A stretch of DNA of 64,000 nt from Octopus vulgaris (Eukaryota): the NCBI GenBank assembly GCA_951406725.2, contig OX597822.1, positions 6,696,001 to 6,760,000 on the forward strand, given 5' to 3'. Position 1 is the first letter of the stretch; each line of letters begins with the position of its first letter. The notes below the pieces were generated by a model. It was not told the DNA's origin and did no database searches. It saw nothing but the letters and a program-made list of their open reading frames with translations. A program made the position numbers and the translations under genes. This document shows, piece after piece, positions 1 through 14,232 of the stretch.

Positions 1-279
1 GTCACAGGGTCTTCTCATGTCAATCAATGAGAAGACTAACACTTTCGAATGTCACTACTTTTCAAACAATACTTAGTGTTGCTTCATGCTTTTAAATGAC
101 TTCTTAGCTTTGAAAAAACAAAACGAAACCGCTATTCGTGATTAATACGTCATTATCACGGTCATCATCATCATCATCATCAACAACAATAACAGCAACA
201 ACAACAGAAGCAACAGCAACAACTTCATCATCAACAACAACAGCGACAATAACAAATGCAATCTTCCATTCTATTATTA

Positions 280-655
280 TTAGGTCATCCTATAAACAAT
301 GCGGTTTTTTATACTTCGTTCATTTTTCAAAATTAAGATAAACAAAGTTTTTTTCAGCTAAAGTATACTCTACGTCATTTTCCTCATGCTCTTTCAACTA
401 TCTGGTGGTCTTGCAAAGACCCTCTTCCAAGATTCACTTGTCGAGCCGAAAAATACTCCTCCAGTACTGTTCTACAGAATTCATATTTTTTCCGTCCAAA
501 TGATTTTGAAGATTGTGGAATAAATGGTAATCAGATGGGGCAATGCTCGGCGAATATGATGGGTGGGGCATCGTTTCCCATTCAAACTGCTCCATCCTTT
601 GGGATGTCATCCTCGCTGTATGTGGGCAAGAATTATCCTGATTTAAGAACACATT
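280..655 (-). mobile_element. mariner transposon 3' fragment (transposase C-terminus + TIR)
   Basis: ORF 434-652 has QDNSCPH and PHPSYSPSIAPSDYHLF (mariner D2/D3 motifs); terminal TA|TTAGGTCATCC resembles the TIR of the mariner at 4222. Confidence 0.85.
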
Positions 656-663
656 TTAGTGCC

Positions 664-957
664 TAATTTAACACACTCACCGGTAACATTTCTAATAATT
701 TACTTGATTGATTGATTGATTCTAGTTTCAGCTCATGAGCTGTGGCCATGCTGGGGCACCGCCATTTACTTATTTATTTTTCTAAAGTTTTCGTTGCGTC
801 TTGCAACATTTTCAATAACTATTAGGTATGAAGGAAAATGTCAGCTGTCCAGAGTCAGCAGACTGACTAATGAAAAGGTTGCAAGATGCAACGAAAAAGA
901 AATAGTAAAATAAATAGGTAAATGAGTGGAAATTTTACCGGTGAGTGTGTTAAATTA
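664..957. mobile_element. MITE-like long inverted repeat with a SINE 3' fragment (706-762) inserted in the left arm
   Basis: taatttaacacactcaccggtaa (664) is the reverse complement of ttaccggtgagtgtgttaaatta (to 957); inner arms 763-814 / 871-924 also pair. Confidence 0.7.
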
Positions 958-3000
958 TAAGATACTAAAATAGAATGACTCTTCCCAGATACAACCAATT
1001 ACTATTGTTATCACATCTCCTTTCCCCAGGAAGTTTTTTTCTTTTTTATTCAGCACAACACATTGTAGTTTCCGATGTCTCGTCAGGTGGTCGTACTGAA
1101 TAATTACATCCCACATGATTTTGCAATCCTCACTCTCCCCGACACCTTCTGGGGTTTTCTCATACCACATCTTAGGTCTTTCTAGGCCGTGATTTGCATA
1201 GAGCTCCCAATGTATCACACTTGTCATATTTTCCTGTCTTTTGTAATCGTGTAGTGCCAATTCCGAGCATTCACTAACAATGTACCATACATTTTCACCA
1301 CTCTCAAACGCTTGTACTTCTTCTGCACATATAAGTGCTTCTGTCTCTATCTTCAGGTCACTTCTCCTCATCCTCAGCCACCGGTCTTCTGTAGCTCTCT
1401 TGGCGTTCGTATCTCTTGCAGACTGACCGTACATGTTTTTCTCCTTCCGTGCTGTTTCTTCTTTATTCATTCTTTTTCTCTATATATTTTTCTTTCTTTA
1501 CACAATTATCAATTTTGATGACGCGGACTTCCTCAGATACTTCAGCAATGGTTCCACGGTTTCTTTTTCACACCATCCTAAGTAGTTTTCCTCTGCTTCG
1601 ATACAATCTTAGCAACTGATCAAACCTTTCCTATCCTTTCTCTTCGAGAAGTACAGACTTTCGGTGTCACTCTTAGGGTGGAAGTCTTCGTGCACTGTCA
1701 ATTGTTCTTTCGTTTGCCATTTTATGATTCCAGCTCCATACCGAAATGATGCCATTGCCCATGTATTAACTGCTGGGATTTTATTCCACCCGATCAATTT
1801 TGAGTGCAACACTAATCTTTGTATTCAGAAATATTCCATTCTCAATTGTTCTTTCATATCCTTCTCAATTATATCTCCATTGTCTAGTATGCAAAGATAT
1901 TTGTAGTTTTAGATTTCAATTTGTTTAATAATTTCGCTGTTACGTTATTCTATCCCTATCAGGGGCTGAACCTTGCTTTTTTTTCAGGTACATTATACCA
2001 CACTTCTTGAATCCGAATTCTTTTCTAATGTCAGCAATAAAATAGTGGACCGTGTTCACGAACGTACTCACATGTGCCTCCTCCTTGCCACACAGCCTCA
2101 AATTATCCATGAAATAGAAGTGGTTGACTGTTTGATATCCCATGTTTATTTTCCTAAGTACCAAGGACAGAGAGGTCGTGCAGAGAACAATCCATCTTAT
2201 GCTCAGTGTGTCCAAGGTTTGTCCGTTGGATGTCAACTCAGTCTTCCACCTCACCATATTTCTTTTCAGAATACACGCTACATTCCTCGCAATACCAAAT
2301 AAATATAACATGATGACCCATGAATATAGAATCATATAAGCTCGGTGGTAATCAATCTAGGCCATTCCCAAATGTGTCCTCTTTCGTTTACAATCTTGCA
2401 TTACCGTTTTGTCTATCTTCGGTACCTTTGCATTCCCTCCTACAATCCTTTTGTTGCATCAGTAACATATCGGTCTCATCAAGAAAGTTTTACAGTTACT
2501 CTGCAATTCCTCCCGACAGTAACTTCCACATTAATGGGAGGCAAATGATTGGCTTGTAATTGTTGGCAGCATCTCCTTTTGATGCATCCTTCAGGCACAA
2601 CATTGTTCATCCTTTTTCCAACAAACCCAGGATTTCTTCTCCAACGATCAATGTTTCAAATTGCTCTGCGATCAGTTTATGTTTCCTACTGAACTTTTTG
2701 ATCTTGGATCTCTGTATACAATTAGGTCCTGATGCTTTCCAATTGCTTATGCTTTAGTAATATTTCTGATATTGTCTTCTGTGAAGTGAATAACCTCTTG
2801 CTGGGGATAAAAAGCTGCTTGTTCTGGCTGCACAGCCATGCAGCTGATGTATTGTATCATCATTAATTTCTTAATAAAATTTTTGTTGGTCGATTCTAAA
2901 CAATTCGATTTACCACTGTTGTTTAATCCGTTGCTCAAAGCTAGTTAGCTTCGCCTCTTTTTGGCAGGTATGCGCTGATTCAGTTCTTCAATTACAACAG
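958..3000 (-). mobile_element. degraded R4/Dong-like non-LTR retrotransposon (RT + CCHC + restriction-like endonuclease)
   Basis: broken minus-strand frames give [32 protein letters not shown] (YMDD region), NKIPAVNTWA..FRYGAGIIKW, DLKIETEALICA, IVSEC, VIHWEL, KIMWD. Confidence 0.85.
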
Positions 3001-3069
3001 CCAGACATTTTGTATCTACACCATGCTTCTACAATTTTTCAAATTTGCAATCATTCTTCAAGTCTCCTA

Positions 3070-3404
<335 letters not shown>

Positions 3405-4221
3405 TTCGAAAAGCTACCTTGCGTTCCCTGAAGATTACAAGATGGATAATACTGTCATTCGAAAATCAACCCACAAGTTCTTTAAAAAGTTAGTGGCAGA
3501 TAGGAGCATCAATGTTAATGCATTCTGGGTTTCGCGAGGAGAATGTAAACAGTCTTTTCTGGAAAACTTTCAAGTTTAGTATTACTGATTATTCACAATA
3601 ATTGTTGGCATGGCATTGAAATATATTAACATATATCTGTTCGGGAAATCATTTATTGGCAACTTTTGAGTCTGTAGTAACTGCACCTGTTCCAGATCTG
3701 TTTATGACAAAAAGAGGACTCTACACTCGCTCCTTCAGTGTTTGTGGGCAAATGACTTGTGGATTTATATTGATAAATAACTGTTATTAGTTGTAATTAC
3801 ACGTGGAAGCGTCTCAGCTTCTTACCGAATCAACTGCCAATGTTAGGTCCACAAACCTGTAGTGACCAATAAGTATAGATTGTCTTCTTTTTCTTTCGGA
3901 GGAGCCATTGTAGAAGCTGTCAAAAGTTTTGAGAATACTGCTTTACGCCGTTATTCATTTCATGATGGAGTACTTGAAGTGGACGATAAGAACAGCGATG
4001 CAGGCGCAGCCGTGGAATAAGTAATGTGAAATGGATTAGAGTGGGAGATTGGTGTGGCCAAATGACCCACAGTGACTATGCAGCTGCAGGCTCACGTCTG
4101 TTCAAGACAGTACATGCATTTGGTGTGAAAAAGTAAAGGTGTGGTGGATCCCTCAATTTATAGAACCTCTCCTACTAATTCATTCTGTAGTGTCTTTATT
4201 GTAATTTCTATCATTCATATA

Positions 4222-5506
4222 TCAGGTCATCCCATAAGTTCTGCCCAGCTTTTGAATAAAGAAAACAAGTGATCAAATATAATATTTAATTGAAATTTAA
4301 TCATCAATGTACTTTACCTGATTATCTATGACTTCCTTCCATCTATTTACAAGCTTTTAAATCCCATCAATATAAAACTCTTTTAGTAACAAAGCGAAGA
4401 ACTCTGAAATGTCAGTTTCGACCTCCTCCTGGCTTGCGAAAGTTATGTCCCCCAAATGATTCTGTAAGCTTCGAAACAAATGGTAGTCTGAAGGAGCAAG
4501 GTCGGGAGAATAAGGTGGATAAGAAAAATTTTCCCAACCAAGCTTTTCGATCTTCTGTGATGTGATATTTGCAGCGTGGGGTCACGCATTGTCTTGATGA
4601 AACATCACTCCTTTTCGATTCACTAAAGCGGGTCTTTTTTTCTTCAAAGCTTGGTTCAAACGCTCTAACTGATGACAGTAGACTTGAGCCTTGATCGTTA
4701 CATTATGTGGTAACACTTCAAAGTGAATTACTCCTTTGCAATCCCACCAGATAGAGAAAAGAGCTTTTTTCCCATGAAGTTCCCTTCTCGGTTGTGGTTG
4801 AGCTGTTTCCCTTTTACCAAGCCACTGTTTACGACGTTTACCATTTCGATAGAAGATCCATTCTTCGTCACCAGTCACAAGTCTATCCAAAAAGGCTGAA
4901 ATGAGTTCGCGAGAATGGAGAGAAGAGCAGATGTCAACTCGGGATTCGCAGTTGCTTTTCGACAATTCCTGAGGCACTCATTTTCCAAGTTTAGGAACTT
5001 TTCCAAGTTGTTGAAGATGACGATGAACAGCTGTGTGGTTTGAACTAAGCTTTATTTACCAATTCCTCAACTGATAATGCAGGATTTTCTTCATGTAATG
5101 CCTCAAGGAGCCTGTCATCAAACTCAACTGGTTGTCCTGTTTGATCTTCATCTTCAAGGCTGAAATCTCCACTTCTGAATCTTGCAAAACATCTTCTGCA
5201 AGTTTTTTCATTCAAGCATTCTTTCCCATTAACTTAGTGCATGTTTTGAGTCGCTTCAGGAGAGTTTCATTTTTGTACTCATAAAGACTTACGTGCCTTA
5301 AATGCTCTGTGGATACTTCCATGTTAGAAAGGGTTTTAATCAAAGACATTTTAATTCTATTATTCTGTAAAATAATATTTAATTATTTCAAATGTACATA
5401 CATGCATAAATATAATTTTTAATTCCATTAGACATTCTAAAATACTATTAAATTTCATTCAATTTTAGAAAAGGTAAAATCGGACAGAAATTATGGGATG
5501 ACCTGA
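4222..5506 (-). mobile_element. full-length mariner element, 1285 bp, TA TSD
   Basis: TIRs TCAGGTCATCCCATAAGTTCTG (4222) / CAGAAATTATGGGATGACCTGA (to 5506), TA on both sides. Confidence 0.93.
4297..5322 (-). pseudogene. mariner DD34D-type transposase, disrupted
   Basis: ATG at 5322 (MEVSTEHLRH), VTGDE, FHQDNA followed by in-frame TGA, YSPDLAPSDYHLF, stop TAA at 4297; frameshifts present. Confidence 0.88.
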
Positions 5507-6922
5507 TACATGATGTATCAGATTCTTGTTTGTTGTAATCCTACGTATTTCTAATTTTTTCCAATTCTTCAACCTCGTATGTACTTCAACAAGCAATATA
5601 TATTGATAATATATTACATTTTACATTATGGAAATAAAATAAGTTTTTTTAAAATTTCTTTCTTTATGTTGGCTTTGAAGTCTTTACAAAAGATTACTCA
5701 TAATTATTCTTATAAATGCATAATTTCCAGCAAATTCAAAATCGAATTACGTCTATATAACTCAGACTAAAAAAATGGGCTCCAGTATACCTTAACTCGT
5801 ATGTTTTCCTATTTTGGAGGTAGTGACCACACATTTACTTTGCATCCTCCCTGTATTCTCCCCGATTAAATTCAATTTTATTCTCTCTATTGTGCTTCTC
5901 ATTATCTCTAACTCTTGATATATTTAAAACCCTCACGTACATAATTGGATCTGTAATTAAAGAAAATTGTTTTTATTTATCATTATTTTATGACTGACCT
6001 TATTATTCTTGTCATGACTATTTCATAATGGCGTTCTATTTTTGCTAGATCCCCTCGTCCGCCACTCTGAATTATCTGTATAGCGTACGAATATCAGATT
6101 TATCGTTGCATATTAAAAATGCAATCATAACATATTCCATTTAATTTTCTGTGCTTCCTTGCTAATTTTATTCCAGTGTTTTAGAATGAGACTGTAATTA
6201 GTTATATACTTATATTATATCAATTACATCGATTTCTTTCTTTTCGTTTTTAGAACTATCTCTGAAACTCTTCTAATTTGCCATTTAATACATTCCTTTA
6301 TTTCAGGATGGTCAATTCTGTCTGATGCATTACATTTCGTTCTTGATCAAATCCTTCTATATCCAAACCAATAATTTTTGTCAGTTTTTACTTTTAACAG
6401 TTTACTCTGAAACAAATATCTTTAATGGTAGATTTCTGGAATGGTGCTTTACTTAAAGCAAATCATCCCTTAGTATATCACCATTTGCATACACTTTCGA
6501 ATAGTCAATACCCAAAATTTGAATTCTAAACTCATTGCAGATTTATCACCCGCAGTTCTCTTTTGTAGCTGTGTTGGGCTGTTAGTAAACTGTTGAAGAG
6601 TAATTGTCTCTCTGGTAAATACATTTCCTTAAAGAAACTGGGTTTGTTAATCTTACTATAACCCATAATAATGTTACTCTTGTAGGCCAAATTGTCAAAT
6701 GCTTGCTGAAAATAAGTTCAACATATTTATAGTGATTCCTTTAGCCAAGAATTTTATGATGTCCCATATCTCTTCCCACTGTAAAATCACATTTGCAACC
6801 TTTTATTTTTCTTTATGCCCTCTCATATTACCGTATTCATGGGGAATTTATATGTTCACCCCTACGCCACTATTTGACATAAGTTTTCTCAGGAAGATTG
6901 ATATAAATACATACATACATAA

Positions 6923-6967
<45 letters not shown>

Positions 6968-7710
6968 CATAAATATATGCATATCTATCTTTCTATCTAT
7001 CAATAGACATATATTTCCATATATTTGCCACCTCTACTGCTACCTCTCTTAGTACCCTCCTTCTTCTACTTGACCTATCTTTTCTCGCTTTACCATACCC
7101 CGTCTTAACACCACCAGTCCTTCCTCTAACACAGCTAGATCTCCACATTTAATCATTACACAATTCAATTTTTCTGCATTAAGATCTGAAATGTGAGATC
7201 TTCTCTACCCTGATGACGGAGACCCGTCTCAACCAATGTTGATTTTATCCATTTAGTCACATATTGTGTTGAACTAGATCTACCAACATTATTATGGATC
7301 ACCGAGCTCCCAGAAACAGCTGTTGAACTTTTAACACTTTTCTCCCCCACCCCTTTAATTTTCACTGTCGCTTGTACTCTGTCTAATTTGGACATATTAA
7401 TATAAATATCTATATATCTATAAATAAAAATTCATCATCCGAAAGTTTCCTCCTTTTGCTGTCCCTTGTTTTGCATATATACATTTAAAAAGTCTTTCGT
7501 ATTTTATGTATTTAATATATTTAATATTTTTGATGTTTCTAATTCGCTTATCCGCATAATTGTCTCTATAACCGCTTAACTCGATCCCTCTTATGGTCCT
7601 TCTTTACTTTGTGGTTGGATCCCCTGTAAAGTCATCTCAGCTTAAGTTTGAATCTTTTGAACACTACTAAGTGTTCTATACAGAGAATCTTTGGATCTCA
7701 TCTGTAAACT

Positions 7711-7711
7711 A

Positions 7712-7802
<91 letters not shown>

Positions 7803-7889
7803 GCTTGTGTGTGTGTATGTGTGTTTATTTGTGTGTATATTTATGTGTGTGTGTGTTTCTGTGTTTGTGTGTGTATATGTATGCGTGTA

Positions 7890-7948
<59 letters not shown>
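7711..7948. repeat. (TA)n then (TG)n microsatellite
   Basis: direct reading. Confidence 0.97.
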
Positions 7949-7952
<4 letters not shown>

Positions 7953-8199
7953 AGCTTTCACAGTTAGAAAATACCAATGAGACTTGGTATTTTGTAACAT
8001 TGATATTGGAGGAATGCATTAATATACAGTTTTTTTAGATACTAAATTACTATTTGCCACCTGTCTTTTCTTTTACCAACCTATTAATAAACTAATTACT
8101 CGCCAATCACTGTAATGAATATAAAAGAAAAATTACACGCATCCCCAAAATATATGGAGATGGTGCAGTGCTATGTTAGAAAACAGCATTGTTTGTGTT

Positions 8200-9480
8200 C
8201 ATCATGTGTAAAATGACAATAATTACTGTTTCTTGGACTCATCGGTGCCTAGTTCTTGGAAGAAGTGTCTTTCATATTTCTAATAGGCAACTTGATATTA
8301 CTTTCGGTTGTTTCGGAATTATTCCCTAGAATATCTCTATAATTATATAACATGTATACAAAAAGTCGGAATTCCATGGAATGCTGGCGTTTTCAGTTCC
8401 CAGATCTTTACTTCTAATGCAACTCCCATTCGATTCCTGTCATTTCATTATTCCTTTTCTTTTACTTTTTGCGGAAGTCGTCTTAGTAAGATATTCATTT
8501 TCCTCTCACCAACATCTCTCGCATTGCAGTTTCTCTATTTCGAGGTTTTCTAGTGATTCTTTTATCTCATTTTTACTTAGCTAAGCTTCTATGAAATATT
8601 CTTGGGTTTCTTTCGAACATTTTCTAATGTTTAAAGAAGATTCCATGCTGTTTTGCAAATCGCTTAATATGTTGCAAATTTTCTAAGATTTCTTGTTTTA
8701 ATCATTCCCTCTCACACACAACACGCACACTTTCTTTCATTCTTTCTCACCATCTCCATCTGTCTCTATCACTCGGTCTCCTACTTCTGGGGTTTCACTT
8801 TTTTATTTGCTTCCCAATCCAATATTTCAGTTTTCTTCCTGTACTTCATTCCGTATTGACAAATGTCTTTCTCTTTCAATGCATCTTCGGTTGAATTTTG
8901 TTTTATTATTTTTTGTTTTTGTTTTTACTTACCAAATATTTGCAAAACTAATTATTTGCGGGTAATATTTTAACATCATAACTAGAACAGTGGTTGAAAA
9001 ACAACTTAGAGTATGAGGAAATATATTATTTCAGTTTTTCGTATGGTTCAATTTGTATCTGAGTTCAAAGCGCAAGTACGAAAGCTTTGATAATATGTGA
9101 ATAATTCGTGTATTTGGCCGATGTAATCGAATAATCACTCCCCAAAATATGTAGTCTCCTATAATATTGCTCAATTTACTTGCTGACAACATATGACTAA
9201 ATGCTTCTCTTTTCATTGTTGGAAGAAATTCATCTTTGAAATATCTCTGAGAGCAGATTTCCTTTATAATTTACATTGATTTCTAAGATTTAGTTTATTT
9301 AGTCTATTGCTATATTGGGTAATAAATTTTACTGGCTAATCTTGTTCAATTCTGTTTTTACATAAAACGTATTAGCAATGACATTTTAAGTTTTAGTTCT
9401 TTTAAGCTCTCTTCCTGACCGTTGTTACGTAATATCGATTTTGGATTCCTTACAGAGATTACAGATGGTTAGTGCTTCTA
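8200..9480 (-). mobile_element. highly degraded R4-like retrotransposon, pre-RT region
   Basis: minus frame ..KMFERNPRIFHRSL.. and IWE resemble the conserved pre-RT block of R4/Dong ORFs; no intact ORF. Confidence 0.45.
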
Positions 9481-9781
9481 TTTTAAAATTCATCAACAAT
9501 TCTTGACTTTTTTCGTCTGCCTGCCTTTTACCGTTTAACCAAGGAGAGAAGGGCAGGACACTTGCTCCCGTCTAACTCCCAGTATCTCCGAGAAGAGTGA
9601 GGAAAAAGAAGCTCCCTCAAGCTGAAAACCTGACCCGAGTGCTCACAGCAGATTGAGCTCTGCTACGGGTAGCGAAGGACCAGATGGTGATGTTAAACTA
9701 GGCGGCGGATTAAGTTCATCGCACCAAAACGTGTATCAGGTCTTATCTGTATCACACTTGGGCTGTAGGCCTGTTGTTGTT

Positions 9782-10038
<257 letters not shown>

Positions 10039-10149
10039 CAAAATATGAAAGTAAACAAGATTCAATAATAACTTTTAAAAATAAATTGAAATAATAATAA
10101 TGATAGTAATAATGGTGATGGTGGTAATAATGATAATAATAATTTAGTC

Positions 10150-11030
10150 AGAAGTCCTGTCGGACGAGAGGAAGTATTAACAATGACAAATAGTTGTTAA
10201 AAACTCAAAATAATAATATCAATGATGATAATAATAATAATGAAAGGAAGCGGTTGGAATCTCTCTATACATCCAATGATGGTGTCACAATAATAACACT
10301 GGTAAATGCGCAACCTGACAATCGCTACCTCAAATAAGTGACAATGAAAGAATAAAATATTGTGAATGAAGGTGGTAATGAAACTGAAACTCTTGATGGT
10401 GACAGTCTTACACCCGGCAGGCTCAGAGATCGTGGCCCGACTCAAGCCTGTCTTTAACCAGCAAGGAACCAGCACACATGGCGTACATAGAACAAACAAA
10501 TCATTGCTGTGTGCATGGAGTTTTACTACTTGAGCAACCCCAAAATGGTGTTCATTTTCGGGGAAACTGATAACGTGTGTGTATGATCAATAGAGGGAAT
10601 GAGGATTGTTTCAACTCACGGTACAGAGATTATGTGATGAAGCTAGAACAATAAGAAACAGCCGTTGGTTCGCAGAAGTAGAGCTCGAAGCTATTTAAAG
10701 ATTAGAAAACAGCAGCAGAGGAAACGATGAAAATACAGTTTCTGCTGATAAACGTAATCTCATAGCAGGAAGCAGGGGTGGAATCTCTAATAAACCACTG
10801 GAAAAGAACAGTGATAGGTTGCTCGATGAGAGACATATAGCTGGTTTGGAAGAAGACAATAAAACTAATGGTGACATGACAGATGGGCAAAAGGCAATCT
10901 ACGACAGAATAAAAGCAGGGCTACGGAAGAATGACAGTGATAGTATTTGCATACTAAGAAGGGTTGATCGGTAGAAATTGAACTACGAAGCGAAAAATGT
11001 GAACGCAATTCTGATATACATATGAGGATT
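10150..11030 (+). mobile_element. 5' part of an R4/Dong-like retrotransposon ORF (N-terminal domain), degraded
   Basis: MEFYYLSNP and GLFQLTVQRLCDEARTIRNSRWFAEVELEAI match the R4-clade N-terminal EQRL.DQ.R.I....WLS..EL motif; embedded between (TAA)n tracts. Confidence 0.75.
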
Positions 11031-11074
11031 CTTTACTTTTGCATCAGTCCAATTTGTTAAGTGTATATGAAGAT

Positions 11075-11141
<67 letters not shown>

Positions 11142-11220
11142 GTAGTAGTAGTGGTAGTAGTAGTAATAATAATACTAATAATAATAATAATAGTAATAAT
11201 AATAATAATAATAATGATGA

Positions 11221-11251
<31 letters not shown>

Positions 11252-11260
11252 AATTATTAT

Positions 11261-11300
<40 letters not shown>

Positions 11301-11329
11301 ATTAGTATTAATATTATTATTATTATTAT

Positions 11330-11365
<36 letters not shown>

Positions 11366-11412
11366 CAGCAGCAGCAGCAGCAGCAGTAGCAGCAGCAGCA
11401 GCAGTAGTAGTG

Positions 11413-11478
<66 letters not shown>
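11075..11478. repeat. compound microsatellite (TAA)n/(TTA)n/(TAG)n/(CAG)n
   Basis: direct reading. Confidence 0.97.
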
Positions 11479-11830
11479 TTGCTTTGCTGACAGTGTCTCT
11501 GGGAAGATCTTCGAACATTTTGATTTTGGTCCGCAGCTCGGCCAGGGTCTTGCAGACAGACTGTTTGGTGTCTTTCTCAACCATGCCTCATGCATTATAA
11601 TCTTTTAGTTTACAATCAGTGAAGTTACAAGGCCATAAATTGGGCTGATGAAGTTGTAAAAATTCTCTGACTATCTTCGAGTGTATGACCAGGATCCAAA
11701 CGCACTGCCTCAAACATATGGCCTTCTGGCAGCAATCTGCTCCAACCAGAGTTTAACAATAGTCTCCATCAGTTTCACATTGCCGTCTGAAATGAGCCTA
11801 AGGCCCTGTTCATGGACGCGATGATTAATC
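11479..11830 (-). mobile_element. Tc1/mariner-superfamily transposase C-terminal fragment
   Basis: AARRPYV.., NFYNFISP.LWP.., VEKDTK..CKTLAELRTKIKMFEDLPRDTVSKA resemble the WPPNSPD..D.YVWG.VE C-terminus. Confidence 0.7.
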
Positions 11831-12206
11831 GCGGCGGCGGCGCAGCCAGAACGGTCTCTGTGTTGCCTCTTGCTGGCCACGGTGTCGTAGTCTTCGTTGC
11901 AACTGGCTATGTAAAGGTCTTACAGCCTTTATATTATACACAGAACATTGAGCAGCAATCATAAACTCAGCATTTCGATAACGACATCGGTTAACTCTCT
12001 TCCAATATTCAAATGCCTTCAGCAATTCAAGTCAGCTAAATTATTCTCACTTACAAATTTAAGTTTTCTACTCCCCAATGTCGTGGATTATTCCCTAATA
12101 CATCAACATGTTCCTGAATAAAAGTAGACAGAACATATCGTCGAATTTACCCCGACCACCTTGTATATGTACACACACCACACATGCACACACACACACA
12201 CATTCA

Positions 12207-12773
12207 TCTGGTAGCCGCATACCTATTTCTTTATTACCCACAAGGGGCTAAACACAGAGGGGACAAATAAGGACAGACATAGGTATTAAGTCGATTACAT
12301 CGACCCCAGTGCGTAACTGGTACTTAATTTATCGACCCAGAAAGGATGAAAGGCAAAGTCGACCTCGGCGGAATTTGAACTCAGCCGCATACCAGTCAAA
12401 TCTCACTGCTAGATGCATACATAATTTCAAGTGACTGATCAAGAACTGATGTTGCAAATAACCAGCAGGTTTGTTAAAAGTTAATTATTAGCGACAGAAG
12501 AAGTATGAATTCGAAAAGTCATTCTGTTAGTGCGACGTAACTTAGACGTATTGTAAGAGATGAATACTCTGTTATTTACCTCTAATCTGGACGCATGAGA
12601 CATATATGTATATATATAGCTGGCATACAAGAATCATCCGCTACAGCCGCAGGAATACTACTGATGTCGCTAATAATTATATTCTAATAATCCTGTTGAG
12701 ATCAGGGCATGAATAGTTACTCAAATTTCATATACCGTTATCCGTGAGATTTGACTGGTACGCAGCTGCCAGA
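12207..12773. mobile_element. non-autonomous TIR element whose left TIR is split by the SINE
   Basis: removing the SINE restores tctggtagccgcataccagtcaaatctcac, the near reverse complement of 12744-12773. Confidence 0.7.
12224..12382 (-). mobile_element. 5'-truncated tRNA-derived SINE with 11-bp TSD
   Basis: B box GAGTTCAAATTCC on minus strand; AGCCGCATACC duplicated at 12213-12223 and 12383-12393; same family as 17109-17320. Confidence 0.88.
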
Positions 12774-13149
12774 CATCTGCCACTGAAGAGATTAGGCACA
12801 TCGAAATCACGTGATCCTACAGTTTCGGCGCACGTAGTAGGCCAGCGATTTAAATATGCGTGCTTTTATACACCAGGCGTCCAAATGAGGGATAGTTCCC
12901 TGGTAAATATCCCAGTATTCGGTGTTCTGACAAAGCATCCACGTTAACTTAGATATAATGATTGGCTCCTGCAAATAATACTGCTACTTTGGCGAATACC
13001 ATTTTAACAACCCTGCTGGCTACTGACAACATCATTTCTTGAATATTTACTTAAATTCCATATACTTTTGGCAATGAAATTTGACTGACATACGGCTACA
13101 GGTTATATACTGCCTAGAACAAGTTTTCAAATATCTTCAAGAAACCTTC

Positions 13150-13460
13150 TGAGACATCTTCCAGATTACATGGTGGTACATTTCTGCTGAGCGACAATGA
13201 GTGTCTTAATTCCAGTAAACTTTCTGTTGCGTAGATAGGAGCTTGACTACCAAACACACCAATTACTACAAGAGCAATTGCCAACTTTATTTTGTAGGAT
13301 ATTTCCATCTCTCTGGCTATGGATGATGCACTCTTTAAGAAATTGTATTGCAATATCTATAATCTATCACTGTCTTTTCCTCCCTGTACAATCATATCTG
13401 GTTCTATTGCCTCAACAACACGCCACTCAATCGTACGGAAATCTCCTAAAGTCTTGTGAT
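13150..13460 (-). mobile_element. degraded RLE domain of an R4-like retrotransposon
   Basis: DFRTIEWRVVEAIEPDMIV..ALVVIGVFGS aligns by eye to the WDF.IQTD..IEARRPDIV..IPVVIGALG RLE motif. Confidence 0.6.
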
Positions 13461-13526
13461 CATTCACTATTATAACCTCTCTTTTCCGTTTATATTATTA
13501 TTTATTACTATGAACGTTGTCCTTGC

Positions 13527-13700
<174 letters not shown>

Positions 13701-13701
13701 C

Positions 13702-14065
13702 ATTCAGTAGTATATTTTTTATATCGTGCTTTCACTTCACTACCGATCATAGCTCTGTGTGCCTTGGGTATGTGCTGTGATTCGTTGTGATGCTCTGATG
13801 GTTATTGTATGGAAAGTGTTCTGCGTAGGATGTGTGCAGTGCCTAGTAGTGCAATTTTCTGTATGTTATATGTGTTTGTAAGTCCTGGTGTTTTTGTTAT
13901 GTATTTCTCTGAATATTTTTTTATCATGCCTAATGCACCTACTATGATAGGAATTGTTTCTGCTTTTAGATTCCACATTCTGGTTACCTCTATTTCCAGG
14001 TTTTTGTATTTTGAAAGTTTCTCCATGTCTTTTAGAGACACGTTGTCATCCGCTGGTATCGATAC
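13702..14065 (-). mobile_element. Dong/R4-like retrotransposon 3' end (RLE + 3' UTR) inside (TAA)n
   Basis: VSIPADDNVSLKDMEKLSKYKNLEIEVTRMWNLKAETIPIIVGALG..TAHILRRTLSIQ*; (TTA)n on both sides. Confidence 0.92.
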
Positions 14066-14098
<33 letters not shown>

Positions 14099-14190
14099 CA
14101 TTATTATTATTATTATTATCATTATTATTATTATCATTATTATTATTATTATTATCATTAATATTATTATCATTATTACATTATTTAATT

Positions 14191-14232
<42 letters not shown>

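Noticed and set aside
7210-7240. CTGATGA hammerhead core
   Set aside because: No GAAA or helix I/III is in register.
5770-7400. possible decayed retroelement ORF on the minus strand
   Set aside because: It has coding-like purine skew but no motif I can identify.
13114-13353. small secreted or membrane protein with a hydrophobic stretch
   Set aside because: The hydrophobic stretch is the decayed IPVVIGALG RLE motif.
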